Part shown: positions 1 through 12,209 of the stretch, piece after piece
Layout of the letters: every line of letters starts with the position of its first letter
Numbering within the stretch: the first letter of the stretch is position 1
Assembly: GCA_002269645.1 (NCBI GenBank)
Contig: NIVC01000736.1
Span: forward strand, 1-64,000
Source of the DNA: Macrostomum lignano
Lineage: Eukaryota
Direction: 5' to 3'
DNA length: 64,000 nucleotides
Notes under the pieces: model-generated
What the model saw: the letters and a program-made list of their open reading frames with translations, nothing else
Database searches by the model: none
What the model was told of the DNA's origin: nothing
Made by a program: the position numbers and the translations under genes

Positions 1-74
1 TAGTGCACTATGCATTCCAATCTCAGAGCAATCTCTAATACATCTTCATGAGATTCGGAGCGCGAACCACGCAC

Positions 75-530
75 CTGCAGTCCCAGGATGGTCTGCACGG
101 GAAACTGGCCGGCCAGGCTCGCAGCGGAGCCGCTGCTCCTCTTCGCCTGCCAGTCGGTGGCGATGGTCTGCACCGTGAAATACCGGCCCAGGTAGGCATT
201 GTAATTCTCGATCAGCACGCAGGTGAAGGGGTGGTAATCCGGATTACCGCTGTCAGTTGAGTTGCACCTCCTGTACAGCTCGAGGGAGCTGGTGTTTCCG
301 CCGTAGAAGCCCTGAGCGCAGTCGAAGAGGGTCTTATCGTTGTCCGTGCAGGCCGTGTCGCAGCAGCAGCCGACGTCGCAGGTGCTGGGCTGCAGGTCGC
401 AGGGGCACGGGGCGATGTTGTAGTACTGCGGGTCGAGCAGCTGCGTCTCCGACTGGGCCAGCACAGCCGGAAGCGGAAGAAGCAGCAGCAGCAGCCGCAG
501 CAGGCCAATGATTCGATGCCGATCAAGCAT
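75..530 (-). CDS. tctn: Tectonic family protein, first coding exon; gene continues off the left edge
   Basis: Manual translation from the ATG at 530 (this frame is absent from the ORF track because it runs off the edge): signal peptide MLDRHRIIGLLRLLLLLLPLPAVLA, then CPCDLQPSTCDVGCCCDTAC, the tectonic N-terminal Cys motif, and ENYNAYLGRYF. CAG|GTGCGT donor after position 75. Confidence 0.9.
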
Positions 531-689
531 TTGCGTCAATTATCTGCTCCTTCTTGACAGACTTCTCAAACTAGTTAGTTATTCAAAGCCTGCGCATTCC
601 TGCGACTCTCCTTTACACTCTTTCATTAGTTATGCCTCCATACCTACCTCTGTCCTCTCTGCTGTACGCTGAGCCGCCTGCCTCATAGC

Positions 690-704
690 GTTGCCAATGG
701 CAAC
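690..704. promoter_or_regulatory. RFX X-box
   Basis: GTTGCC-AAT-GGCAAC matches the GTNRCC-N(0-3)-RGYAAC consensus and lies 160 bp upstream of the tectonic ATG. Confidence 0.8.
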
Positions 705-1099
705 GGAGCTGTGGGTTGTGGGGCTGGGTGAGAAAGGCCTGAGGACGACCGAGAGGAGAGAACAGGGCGGCGGAGGCTACGAATAAGAAGAGAAGACAGG
801 CAGTGTACATTCACTCCTCCTGTGTACGCAGCCAAGTGTACAGTGGAACTGGACAGGAGCTGTTTAGCTTGGTATTGGATGGGCTGACAGCTTCATAATT
901 CATTCTGTGCTTGCCTGTAGTTCAATGGAAGCTTACCTTACTATTAAATTGTGAAAATTAATTGTTTTAAACATTATTTTATTTTTAATTTCTAATTTTG
1001 GCTCGTATGACTGAAAGTTTGTAGCCAAATTAAAGGCTTGTAAGGGATTTTTAAGGGTCCGCAAATGCAGTCCGATTGTCGCTAATCCAATTGTCCGAT

Positions 1100-1965
1100 A
1101 AAACCTCTAGGTTAGTCCCGACTCTTTACACTTCCAACTGTCTATCTTGGGCCATAGACACCTCGTGTGTTAGTCCCCAATGTAAATTCACGTGAGTCTC
1201 CATTTCGGTGCAATAGATGACGTCGCTTATTTTGACATCATAGTACAAATAGAAATGTCTGTGGTAACAAAAAATCGAAGACCACCAGACAGCCACGTAG
1301 TCGTGGTACAATTTCTTTCGTCTAATGCGAACCGCTTGACCACAATATACACTAGCTACTTGGATTGCTAGCCTGGAGACTCCTTGATGAGACCTTAATT
1401 TAAATAATTCAAAATAGGCTCATATGAGCATAGCAACTTAAAGAATCGATTCCTTGAGAATCGTGGGTCTCTGTGGCTCACTCGCGCTCAAGATCACGTG
1501 AACAGTCCTGTTCTTGTATTTCTGGTAATCTGCTCGAAACGAGAACAGAACATCCCTAATCCCAGAAATGACTAACTCTGCCAAGCTCTTTGGTGGCTTC
1601 ATCTCCTTGATTGCACTGACTTTCTCGTCGTTCGACTAGATGCGACCATTGTCTAGAGTGTGGCCTAGGAACCACAGCCTGCTACGATTTCACTGACTAG
1701 CCATTTGAGCACCTGCTCTTCTCGACATTGCAACTTAGCCTCGTCTTTGCCTCCAATCAGCGCATCATCAATATAAGCAATCGACCCAGATATACCTTGG
1801 ATGACTTGGGAAATGTAGCGCTGGAAAATTCTAAGTGCTGTTTTTAAACCAAACACCAGACGATTATAGCGAAAGTTACCAAACAGAGTCGACATTTCAG
1901 TAAGGGCCTTCGATTCTTCACCCAGCTCTATCTGGTTATACGCTTTCTCTAAATCAAGTATGCTG
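1100..1965 (-). mobile_element. Ty3/Gypsy RT-RNaseH relic, degraded
   Basis: YSILDLEKAYNQIEL...FGNFRYNRLVFGLKTALRIFQRYI...AYIDD (RT), followed by frameshifted EKVSAIKEMKPPKSL and an RHFYLY RNaseH-like remnant. Confidence 0.85.
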
Positions 1966-2234
1966 TACCTCGTGCACCTGTGGCAACTGTGGAGAGAGCT
2001 TCCTCCGGTGTTGGCATCGGAAAACTGTCTTGAGCTAGTTGCGGATTGATAGTCTGCTTAAACTCCTCTGCTGGAGATTTGAAGGCTTCGCTTGGGAGAA
2101 GCTGCTGAATTACGACCCAGACAAGCAGTATTTGATGAATGGTATCGTTCATGGCTTTCGTTTGGTTAAAGATAAGCAACCTAATATTACTGCTCTGAGA
2201 GATAACTAAATATTCTAGCCAGAATGCCGCCAAG

Positions 2235-3002
2235 GTGAAAGCTCAGCGGGCCGCTACACCGTTACCCAAGGAGTCTGTGAAAGTGAACCCCATTGAGTCC
2301 TTGACTGAATCCAACGGGAAAGTCCGCCTCATTCACGATCTGTCTGCTCGGCTCGGCGACTCTGTTAATGACTACTATCAGCAGGAAAAAGGCATCCGTT
2401 TTGGCTCTGTTCGAGAATTCAAAAAGCATTTAAAGCCCGGTTCCTACATGGCCAAAATGGATCTGAAAGATGCCTACAGGTCCGTCGCCATCAGTCCCAA
2501 TGACCATCGTCTTTCTGGCTTGAAGTGGCGCTTTCACGGTCAGGACTGTGAGACTGCGATGTTCGATAACAGGCTGCCTTTCGGTTCGTGCGCCTCCTGT
2601 GAGATTTTTCATCGGCTCTCATCAGCGGTGAAGCGCTACATGGTGCGGTGCGGTTTTCACACCACCGTCAACTACCTGGACGATTTGACAATGGCAGTTG
2701 ACTCGGAGAGCGGGGCCCGGCGGGCCTATGATTTTCTTACTAATCTGCTGCAGTCGCTGGGACTTACTATTAACTGGGATAAGTCGACTCAACCTTTGCA
2801 ACAGCTGGTTTTTCTGGGAATAAGCATCGATACACGCAAGGGTACGATGAGCCTTCCTGCTGGCAAAGCCAGTGAGATTGACAACCTACTGAGGGACTGC
2901 GGTCGCATGCAGAAGCTGTCGAGGAAGCTTGGTTGGCTGTGTCAAATCAATTGTCAGCTGCGGCATTTCCTTCATGGAGGTGATCACCTCAATGGATTAT
3001 GA
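2235..3002 (+). pseudogene. DIRS/Ngaro-type reverse transcriptase fragment
   Basis: KVRLIHDLS, MAKMDLKDAYRSV, LPFGSCASCEIF, NYLDD, INWDKS, LVFLGISID motifs. Confidence 0.9.
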
Positions 3003-3619
3003 CTGCAAGGCTCCAATTGTGCTTAGGTCTGAGCTGAAAATGCACCTAGATTGATGGCAGAAAGCGCTGGCCTGGTTGCCGCTTAGTAGTCTCTGGCCAA
3101 ACTACGCTCGTACCAGAGCTTGCAGCGATTGAGTCTGACAGCTGCACCGAAGGTGCGGCAGGCATTCTGAGGACCTCAACCGTCTCTGACTGGGTCTAAA
3201 TCCATTGGGAGAGAGACTTTGATGGCCAGTTAATGAATTTACACATTAACTTCAAGGAAGCCATGACTCTACTGTTGACGGTTTCGAAGTTTGGCTCGAT
3301 TCTGGTCTAATAGTACCGCCGCTGTTAGCATGGTTAATCACTTGTTCTGCAGTCATCCCAACCTCTTTGTATTGAGGCTTATCACCTGACAGGACTTATG
3401 AAAATTATAAAAATATGAGACGTGACGCCGCGTCTCAAATGCTTGGCTCTCGTGCTGGATTGCTTAACTTTTGCTTTTGTTTTTACGGTCATATCTGCCT
3501 TTTGTCTGACAAATTTTTCCATGCACGCGCTCTCGGTGTCTTCTCACTCCGCCCTCCGCTTTCAGGTCGCCTCCGCTCTCGGGACGGGCCGCCCCAGAAA
3601 GCAGTCTCCGCTGCCGCCT

Positions 3620-4501
3620 TGCTCTCGCAGACAGCTCCTGGAGATCCTGCCGTTGCCAATTCAAGGCCTGGCATGCGTTCTGTGATCGGGCGGGCATCGG
3701 TCCGACCACCGCCAGCGAGAGCGACCTGTGTCAGTACGTTGGTTCACCTGGTGCAATCACGGATCAACGCCTTCTTAGCCCAGCGGTCCATCATCAATTC
3801 CGTCTCGGTGCTCCACCAGCTGGCCGGCTCGCCAGACCTAGCTCGAGAGGCGGCACGGCTGCAGTTCCTTGCGAGGGGCGCTCGGCTCTTCCTGGGGCTT
3901 CGGACCAAGCAGGCGACTGCGCTCGAGCCTGACCACCTGCGGCGGCTGGTGAACGACCCTGCGGCCCATCGCGGCTTTGTCCCGAATCTGTGGTCTGCAT
4001 TCTGCGCCGCCTTGCTGGTGGCCTGGCGCCGGCGGTGGCTGATCCGAGTCGGCGACCTGCTGCCGGTCTGGAGCTGCGCTCTGGCCATCTATCCAGCTCC
4101 GGCTCCGGGCTGGTGCTGCAGCTGCAGCGGTCCAAGACCAACCAATTCGGCCAGCGTGTCCACACGGTGCAGCTGCTTTGTCTGGCCGGCGCTGCCTATT
4201 GCCCTGTCAGTGCTGTGTCGCGCCACCTGCGCCAGAATCGCATCGGCGCCACCGCCCCGCTGTTCTCCTACCGCGTGGGCTCGCAGAGGCAGCGTTTGAA
4301 GCCTCGTCTGCTGATCTCGCTTCTGCGTCAGGCACTGGAACTGCGGTTTCATCCCGGTCGCCTTCTCCGGGGGTGGCTCTGCCTGACACCATGGCCCTGG
4401 GTGACTGGCGCTCTGACTGTGTGGGGCGCTACTTCAGTGACTGTGCCTCTGAGGCCCGCAAGCGTCGGGCGGTTGGTCAGATGGTGTCCCAGCATTTGTA
4501 A
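3620..4501 (+). pseudogene. Tyrosine recombinase of the DIRS/Ngaro element, frameshifted
   Basis: ALADSSWRS...KAWHAFC N-domain; LIRVGDLL (catalytic R); QRSKTNQFG (catalytic K); YCPVSAV...APLF; LGDWRSDCVGRYF (catalytic Y). Spread over three frames; the HxxR box is not recognisable. Confidence 0.85.
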
Positions 4502-6436
4502 TGTTCCCTCTCTTCTCGGACGAACTGTCTTATCCTTTCTTGGGCTTAGGAGTTCGCTTGCACCCCTTTTTCTGCTTCTTTGCGCGGATGCCGCCTCTTG
4601 CTCGCCAAATGCCGCTTTGTCTCGTCCATCCTCATAGTTTGAATTGTTGATTTTGTTAAAGGTTTGAATATTTTAATTCGCAGCAACTTAAATTTGAATT
4701 TACCTTTTAGGTGTTTAAAGGTAAACGAGCCAACATACTGTTTAACATTTCAAACTCTGAGTTTGAGAGGATTTTAATGGTGAAGAGTTTGCTCCAGCGG
4801 TTGTGATTGAGAGAATGGGATAATAAAGTTGAAGAAAAATCTGGGGAAAGAGAGTGAAGAATCAACCGTGAGGGTTTTTACTCCCCCCCCGTGTACCAAA
4901 AAATGGAGGACAGTTGAAAGAAATTGCAGTTTAAATGTGCAATTCTAAATATAAAAATGTTACGATGTATATCCCTGACGTACAGTACATAGTTGTCAGG
5001 ACAGCTTCTACTCATAAAATACTTCCACTCCTTATTTGTTGTAAAGGAAAAAAAATGGTCCCATTTTTCTGAATTCAATACTGTAAGGATCGAATATTGC
5101 AGTATTCGGTTTTATGCACTGAAGCTCTCAGTCCACTTAGACTCACTCGATAATGCCAGCCGCCTCCAGCTTGCCCAGCTCAGCCTCCACCAGCTGCTGA
5201 TTTGGTTGATGTAGGAGTTCGATTTCGTCTTCTTCCTGAATTAGCTGAGGCGCCTCTGTTGCGAACTTGATCTTAGATCGCAGGCGTGACAGAGAAACTG
5301 CGCTGCACTTCAGTAATGGGTGCTGGCGGCTGAGCTTCGCAACGCGGATCAAAAAAATTCACCCAAGCGAGTGAAAATTTTATATTTCTTATAAAGCCTT
5401 ATATTTTTGTTTTTTTAGGTCGTCCTTACGTGCTGCAGAATCCCGCCGGCTTTTATGCCGTAGGAAAATCCTTAGTTTATTTTCCTAATCTACTCGACTA
5501 CGGATTCGATTTGGTGATGACCGCACTTGAAGTCTTCCAATCTTGTTGATTCACGAAGCTCTTAAGCAATTTTTTACTGCTTCTTCTTCCTTTACCTCCT
5601 TCGCATCTTGGTCTTCTTTATATTACCGCTAAACGTAGGTAAGACGATTTCTTCACGTTGAAATCGCCTGGTGAGCGCATTGTACGTGTTGATCCATATT
5701 TTTGCTGTTATACAAATCGCCGAAATCGATTATTTCGTCTAACAACTTGTTCTCCTCTTCTTCAAAGTTTTTCACCGTGGCATCAGCAAAAATCTTTTTA
5801 GTTATGCTAATTTATTGCAGGCTTTTGACTCGTCAGTTTTGCGTTCAGTTGATGGCATGGACATGAAGAGGCCTGGGTGGTGAATGTTTTTGCTCTAATA
5901 CGCGGCTTTAGAAGTTTTTATAACGTTGTTAGAAAATTCTATAATATATAATATTTATGGAAAACATATTATATTCTAGCGGCATCACTCAGTGTAGAGA
6001 GAAGTGGAAAGAGAGAGCAAGGCCTGCTGTGTGAAATTGCGCAGTTTATCCCGTATCTGTCTGTCCCCGCTTTAAATTGCTGGACTAGGAACTCTTTCCT
6101 CTGCAATGTTTACTACCCACCCAGATAGCCAACGCCTGCGCGGAGGGGGGAGGGCCACAAGCTCTTCAACTCACCACCCCACCACCGACCCAACCTCCCA
6201 GCCAACCACCCCGCCCGGGGGAGGCAACCCCGAGACCGCCGCCCGGCCCAGCCAATCACTAACCCGCCAAAGGGAAAAGCTGGCGACATGGCCACGGCCA
6301 ATCATAGCGCACAGCCCGGGATAAATAAACAACCGATTAAGCCACTGGCTGTGGCATACGCAGGGGGGGGGGTGACTCTCAATGACAAAAAAAGGACGCA
6401 AAAAAGGGGGTGACAAGTCTTTTGACGTAGAAGGAC

Positions 6437-6860
6437 TTGCATGACCTATCTGAATACTCAGAATCATTCAAAACGCAGAATGGCAATCAAATGTTTGGCC
6501 CTAGTAACAAGAAAGTGATTAGGAAAATAAAGGATAAGAATGCTGGCAAAATCATCACCGAATTTATCGGGTTGAGAGCAAAATCTTATTTTGTAAAATG
6601 TAGCCATCAGATCCCACTAAAAATCAAAGGGTGTTCCTAAACATGTAGTTAGGAATGAGTTAAATGAAGCTGCATACAGAGATGCCTTGTGTCACAATAG
6701 GAGAACTACAGTATTAATGAATTTTCTGAACTGCAGTCTAAAGATCACGCCGTTTATTACAATTCGACAAAGAAGATTGGCCTGTCAGGCGCTGATAATA
6801 AACGATTTGTCTTTGATTACAATATGATATGCCCTTTGGCCACTGGAGATTTCTATAAAT
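6437..6860 (+). mobile_element. Polinton/Maverick (adintovirus-like) protein-primed DNA polymerase B, C-terminal relic
   Basis: NKKVIRKIKDKNAGKIITEFIGLRAKSY; after a frameshift KGVPKHVVRNELNEAAYRDAL; then KIGLSGADNKRF. These match the pPolB C-terminal pattern KFKDE..G..I.EFVGLR.K.Y / KGV / LS..DDKR. Confidence 0.8.
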
Positions 6861-6939
6861 AGGTTTTTAATCACTTAACATGGAATTAAAAAAACTCACG
6901 GTGATTAAAGATCTGTTGATGAGTCAAGTCAGTGTCTCA

Positions 6940-9900
6940 AAGTTCAATCACTGGCCCGCCTGAAACCTGGCAGGCGAGAGCGGCATGCTGTCCAGTGACT
7001 TCAGTGACCGGAGCAGGTCCAGCGAGAGCTATCGGGGCCGCTGCTGAAGTTTCTGAAATTGAGCTGTCGGGGCCCACCTCAGAGTTCCGAGATTGATTTT
7101 GGTGCTTGCTCGGGTGCCGCGACGGCCGGTACTGCTGGCGGCTGCTGACACTTCTCTGGCAGTAGTTAGTCGATGTGGCGCCGACCTGACCTTTGCCGAC
7201 CTCAACGTCGTAGTTTCGTTTGCCCGCCGCCATGACGAAGCCACGCCGCCAGCCGGCGTTCTTGCCGAAGCTCTTTGGTGTCACCGAATTCGAAGGATCG
7301 CACTTGGCGGTGCGTCAAGTCAGTCTCGCATCTGCTCAACCAGGGACGGTCGCAGGAGGTCCAGATGGGATCACAGGCGACCTCCAAATAGCAGTTCGCC
7401 TGGTGAGGCAGCGGTGCTTGAATGCGGCGCGATCCGGTAGGCAAACAGGAAGCGCTGCATGACTTCTGCAGAGTGCCTCTGACTTCCTGATGTGAGCTTT
7501 GAGCATCTGCACGAATCTCTCGGCCTGCCCGTTGGCAGCCAGGTGGTAGGGCACTGAAGTCACGTGCCGGATGCCGTTGCTACGCATGAAGTCAGCGAAC
7601 TCCCGAGAGGCGAACTGGGGGCCGTTGTCTGAGATGAGAATACTTGGTAGGCCCCAGGTGGGAGAATACGTCATGGAGGTGCACGATGGTCCGGCCAGCA
7701 GACGTCCCGCTCGACAGCAGCGTCGACAATAACGATGTACGCTCGTACATTCGACCGTTGACAGGGCCGGCGAAATCGAAATTTAGGCTGCCTTATGGTT
7801 CCTTGGGGAACAGCCAGGGATGCACTGGAGCCTTGTTGGGTCTGCCTGATGGGCTCTGCAGGTGACGCACTCTCTTCCGAGCTGCTCCAGTTCCTTGTCG
7901 AGTCTGGGCAAGCAGACGAAGCTCCGTGCGATGGCCTTCATTTGGCTCGCACCAGGATGCGTCAAGTACAGCTGTCCAGGTGTCCGGGATGACGACGCAA
8001 GACCCCCTCAGTACACAACCGGCTTCGACAGAAAGCTCTGTTTGACGTCGGGCAAAGTTTTGGAAGTTTTTAGCTGGCAGTTCCTGTCCCGATCGCAGGG
8101 CCCACAGCAGCTTCGACAGTATCGTGTTGGCTTGAGTTGCCTTGGCACTGGCGGCAGCAGTCGAATGGGGGGCTCGAATCGTCCCCCAGAGTGAGCGAGT
8201 GCACTGCGGCTTCCTCGACGTGCAGGCGGGAGAGGGAAATGCAGTTTCCAGGCTTCTCGGTCGGCCTGAACTCCAAGGAGTACTGGTAGCCTGACAATCG
8301 GATGGCCCACCTCTGCATTCTGACAGCAGCGCGTGTCGGGATTTCCTTGTCCGGGCCCGGCAGTCTGAGGAGCGGCCGATGATGCGTCACGATGGTGAAA
8401 TGGCGACCGTTTAGGAATTGATAAAAGCGCTGTACGCCGACTTGAGATCAGCACCTCCTTGTCCAGCTAGGAGCAATTGCGCTGGGCTGAGGTCAGCGAC
8501 TTTCTGGCAAAAGCAATGGCATAGTCCGAGCCTTCTCGCGGTGGCTGAGCATGACGCCAATGCCGTATGCTGACGCGTCGCACTCCAATCGAAGAGGCAC
8601 TTCCGGGTTGAAGTGCACAAGGGCGCCAGAGTCCAGCAGCAGCTGCTTTGAAGGCCTGGTCCCTGGGATCGCCCCACTTCCATGTCACTCCTTTGGTGAG
8701 AGGCGCTACGACCGATGCGAGGTTGGGCAGGATCTTCGCATAGAGTCAGCATGCCTGGGTAGGAGCGCACTTGACTCACATCGGTCGGTGTCGGCGCTGG
8801 CTGCACGGCCTCGATCTTGTCCGTGAGTGGCCGCAAACCGTGATGGTCGATCCGGTGACCCAGGTAGTCGATCGAATCTCTGAAGAAGGCGCACTTGGCC
8901 ACTTTGATGTGCAGACCAGTCTCCTGCAGCTTGCGCAGCACTTGCATCAGGTTGGCCTTGTGCGCAGCCAGTGTGGGGCCGTCACCAAGATGTCGCCCTG
9001 GTAGACTCGAACACCGTCAAGGTGCCCCATCAGGGTATCGAGCACGCGCTGGAAGATGATGCTGGCCGAGCGGATGCCTAAAGGTAACAGGCGGTTGACT
9101 TGAAACAGTTCTCGCTGGGTGTTGATGACGATAAACTGCTTGCTATCCTCAAAGATCGGCAGCTGCAGAAACGCCTTGGCCAGTTCGAGCTTGCTCCACT
9201 TGTAGCCGCCGCCCAGCCGTGCGAACAGGTCCTCGATCCTCGGCAATGGATAGTGCTCCTGCTTGGCCACGCGTTTGAAGGTGCTTTTGTAGTATCCGAG
9301 CCATCCTTCTTAATGACCGGAACAATTGGCGCCGCCCAGTCGGAGGTGGTGATCGGATTGATGATGCCCTCCGCTTCCATTCGCTGCAGCTCCTTGTCAA
9401 CGCTGTCACGCGGGGCGTAAGGCACTGGTTGTGCCTGGTCAGTATAGGTGCGCAGGGTGGTCCTCGATAGGCGCAGCGGTAGGTGGCTGAGATGCTGGTC
9501 GTAGAAGGACTTTGGTGCTAAGCTGGCAGCTGATCCGATATCCACTCAAACTGTGTCAGCGTCTTTTCCACCTGCAGGGGCCCCATGATGGCCGACCGGG
9601 AGGCGTTCGATACGTGGAAGATGGGCTCCTCCTCCTGTTCGTCCTCTGTGGAGGAGTCAGACTCGTCTACCATTTTGATGGAGGCATTGGATGAACGGCA
9701 GACCTTCTTGAGATGACCGAGCCTGCCGCAGGCGTGGCACTTGGCGCTGCGATGCCTGCAGGTCTGTCGTGAATGAGAGCCTCTGCAGCTGTCGCAACGG
9801 TTAGCCTTGGGTGATGCCAATGGTCTCATTGAGCTGGCTTGCCTGCTGCCGGGGCGTGCGGTCGCAGCTGAGCTGTGACTCGGTGCGTAGACGACGGTTG

Positions 9901-10424
9901 CGACATTTCGCTTGAAGTTCTCTGCGAAGTCTCCAATGAATTAGTCAGGGTGGTCAGAGTCTGGTGGGAGCTGCTTGCACTCTATAAAAAATTGGAGCGC
10001 ATCGCATCGCTACTCATGCTGAATTCAAACTTATTGCGAAATCGTTCATTAATTCATTATTGAGCTGAAATTGCAGTGCACCACATCAGACTTCAGACCT
10101 GCTAAGTAAGGCTGTGGACGATTCGCCTTCTTGCTGAATCCTGCGCTGAAACTTGAATCTGGCAGCAATCTTGGAAGGAGGTGATTCTTGAGGACATCTC
10201 TGCGATTCTCGTATGTCTTGATGGTCAGCTAGTCAGTACGGATGGCACAGGTCCCGAAGCAGTTTGTAGTGTTTCTCTCCAATGGCAGTGAGAAATGTAG
10301 CACGCTTGGCCTCGGTGGACTCAACCTAGTTGCAGATGAAATACTGCTCCATTCTCTATGCGTAAATCTCGAAGTCGGAGTCTTGTGTGAGCTCCGGAAT
10401 CCGTCCGTGTGAACTTGTCGCCAT
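6940..10424 (-). mobile_element. Ty3/Gypsy (K02A2.6-like) gag-pol, near full internal region, multiply frameshifted
   Basis: Starts (A)TGGCGAC (PBS/gag start, MATSSHGRIPEL); Zn knuckles CDSCRGSH and CHACGRLGHLKKVC; protease DIGSAAS; RT WAAPIVPVIKKD, HYPLPRIEDL, YQGDILV; RNaseH CDASAYGIG; integrase HPG...C.TC and SDNGPQFAS...YHLAANGQAERFV. Confidence 0.92.
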
Positions 10425-10481
10425 TTGTGATTAATCAGCTATACTGCTTGTGTACGAGCTAAATTGTGTAAAAGATTCATG

Positions 10482-10860
10482 ACAGAACAGGGTGACAGGG
10501 GACTGGGGTGACAGGGACTGGTGTGACAGGGGTGTGACAGGGGACTGGAGTGACAGGGGTGTGACAGGGGACTGGAGTGACAGGGGTGTGACAGGGGACT
10601 GGAGTGACAGGGGTGTGACAGGGGACTGGAGTGACAGGGGTGTGACAGGGGACTGGAGTGACAGGGGTGTGACAGGGGACTGGAGTGACAGGGGTTGATG
10701 TGACAGGGGACTGGAGTGACAGGGGTGTGACAAGGGACTCGGGTGAAAAAGGACTGGGTTGACAGGGACTGGGGTGACACGGGACTGGGGTGACAGGGAC
10801 TGGGTGACAGGGACTGGGTGACAGGGACTGCGGTGACAGGAGACTGGGGCGACAGAGGAA
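10482..10860. repeat. GTGACAGGGGACT-type minisatellite
   Basis: Tandem copies visible; a related array lies at 20217-20462. Confidence 0.95.
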
Positions 10861-12050
10861 GAGCGCCGATGGTCAGGTGACACATTGACTATATATAAAC
10901 AGACTTTATGATGGTTTTGATTTATGCTAATTTTTCCTTCTAATGTTTTTAGAATTTTTAACTCTTGCCTCTACTTGTAGTTGCCTCTGGGTGTCCAGGG
11001 GTTTGCGAAATGGGCGGCAACGCCTCCTCGCTGCATCCGGATGCCCAGAACCCCCTGCAGCTGAATCAAGCAAGCCGAAACTTTTCGCAGATATGCAGAG
11101 CAAATTTTCAAACTTCAGCAGCTCCTGAATCCCTGATTGTAAGTCCTGAAGCACGCTGGTTCAGGAGCATGCCTCATTTGTCAAATGCGCTGCTGCCGTC
11201 ACCCTTGGCTGGTGGTCAGGAGGCTGCTCTGTCTCTCTGCGGTGGCGTGAGCTGGCTGTGGCCAGTGGCTGGAGCTGTAAGCTTGCTCACTTTGTACTCT
11301 GAATATTTCTGTTTCCATCTTTTTAGTATCAATTTCTGTATCAATTTTAGTATCAATTTCTCATATCGAACGCAGCTGCCTCCTGCAAGCCTATGGACGC
11401 TAAAAGTAAAATCCTCTCTGTTAATCCTCTAACAGTCTGCCTGGTTGAGCTTGAGTTCTGCCTGTACTTTTAGCCCCCTCCCAACCATCTGGGATGCCTT
11501 CCACCCTGTTGTTTGAATCTATAACGCACCCAGGTGTACTTAAAGATTCTTATTTACGAGGTACTGTTTTGCATGCTAAACAGTTTCCGCTAGTTAACAA
11601 AAAGTTTACTAAAAATATTTATTTTAATCTAATCTACTTACTGAATCTTTAGAATCAGTTTTGCAATTTCGCACCTCATTTTACTGCTTTTTTAATCACA
11701 TCTCCCCGCCGCTGCTGGGTGATCAATCAGGAAGCGGAGGTGCTGCAGTGTCTGTGTGTCATCTGTCAGACCCTGAATGGAGAACCCGCATTGTGCTTAT
11801 TAGATTACTGCATTATGGCAGGTCCCACCGAGCTGACAGGCGGACAGACAACTCAGGTCCTGAGCTCACGGACTCGATTCCTTCCAGTTTTGTCTCAAAA
11901 TGCGCTAGCACGATGGAAATTGTTCAGCCTTGGGGACAAAATTGGCAATTGTCTCAAATCATGTACTTCTGAAGATATTTTCATGATTGGATTTTCCTTC
12001 TGTTTAGCAACAGGAATTCCAATCCATTTTTTCGCCCTCGGGGAACCCCC
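10860..12050 (-). other. Degenerate copy 1 of a dispersed duplicated segment (homologous to about 20460-21620)
   Basis: Shared blocks such as tatataaacagactt, gtttgaatc...cacc and gctgctgggtgatcaatcagga.gc.ga.gtgctgcagtg occur in the same order after the same minisatellite. Confidence 0.75.
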
Positions 12051-12209
12051 CAGACACAATTTTTTTTGCTGCGCCCGAACAGAGCAACGAAGGCACACAA
12101 AACCCGAGAACATGGACTCACTTTTTGTAGCGCGACCTTCTGGAGCAAGAATCAAGTCGCCAGCCCTCCGGACCGTCGAGATAATTAAATGATTCTGCCA
12201 GAAAACCAT

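Larger units (their letters stand above)
1970..4700 (+). mobile_element. Tyrosine-recombinase retrotransposon (DIRS order, Ngaro-like), 5'-truncated and decayed
   Basis: Gene order is pol N-terminus (WEKLLNYDPDKQYLMNGIVHGF), RT, RNaseH remnant (HINFKEAM; NSTAAVSMVN), then tyrosine recombinase. Boundaries approximate. Confidence 0.88.

Noticed and set aside
212-526. ORF-track 104-aa protein MIGIESL...
   Set aside because: Wrong frame; the tectonic frame starts at 530.
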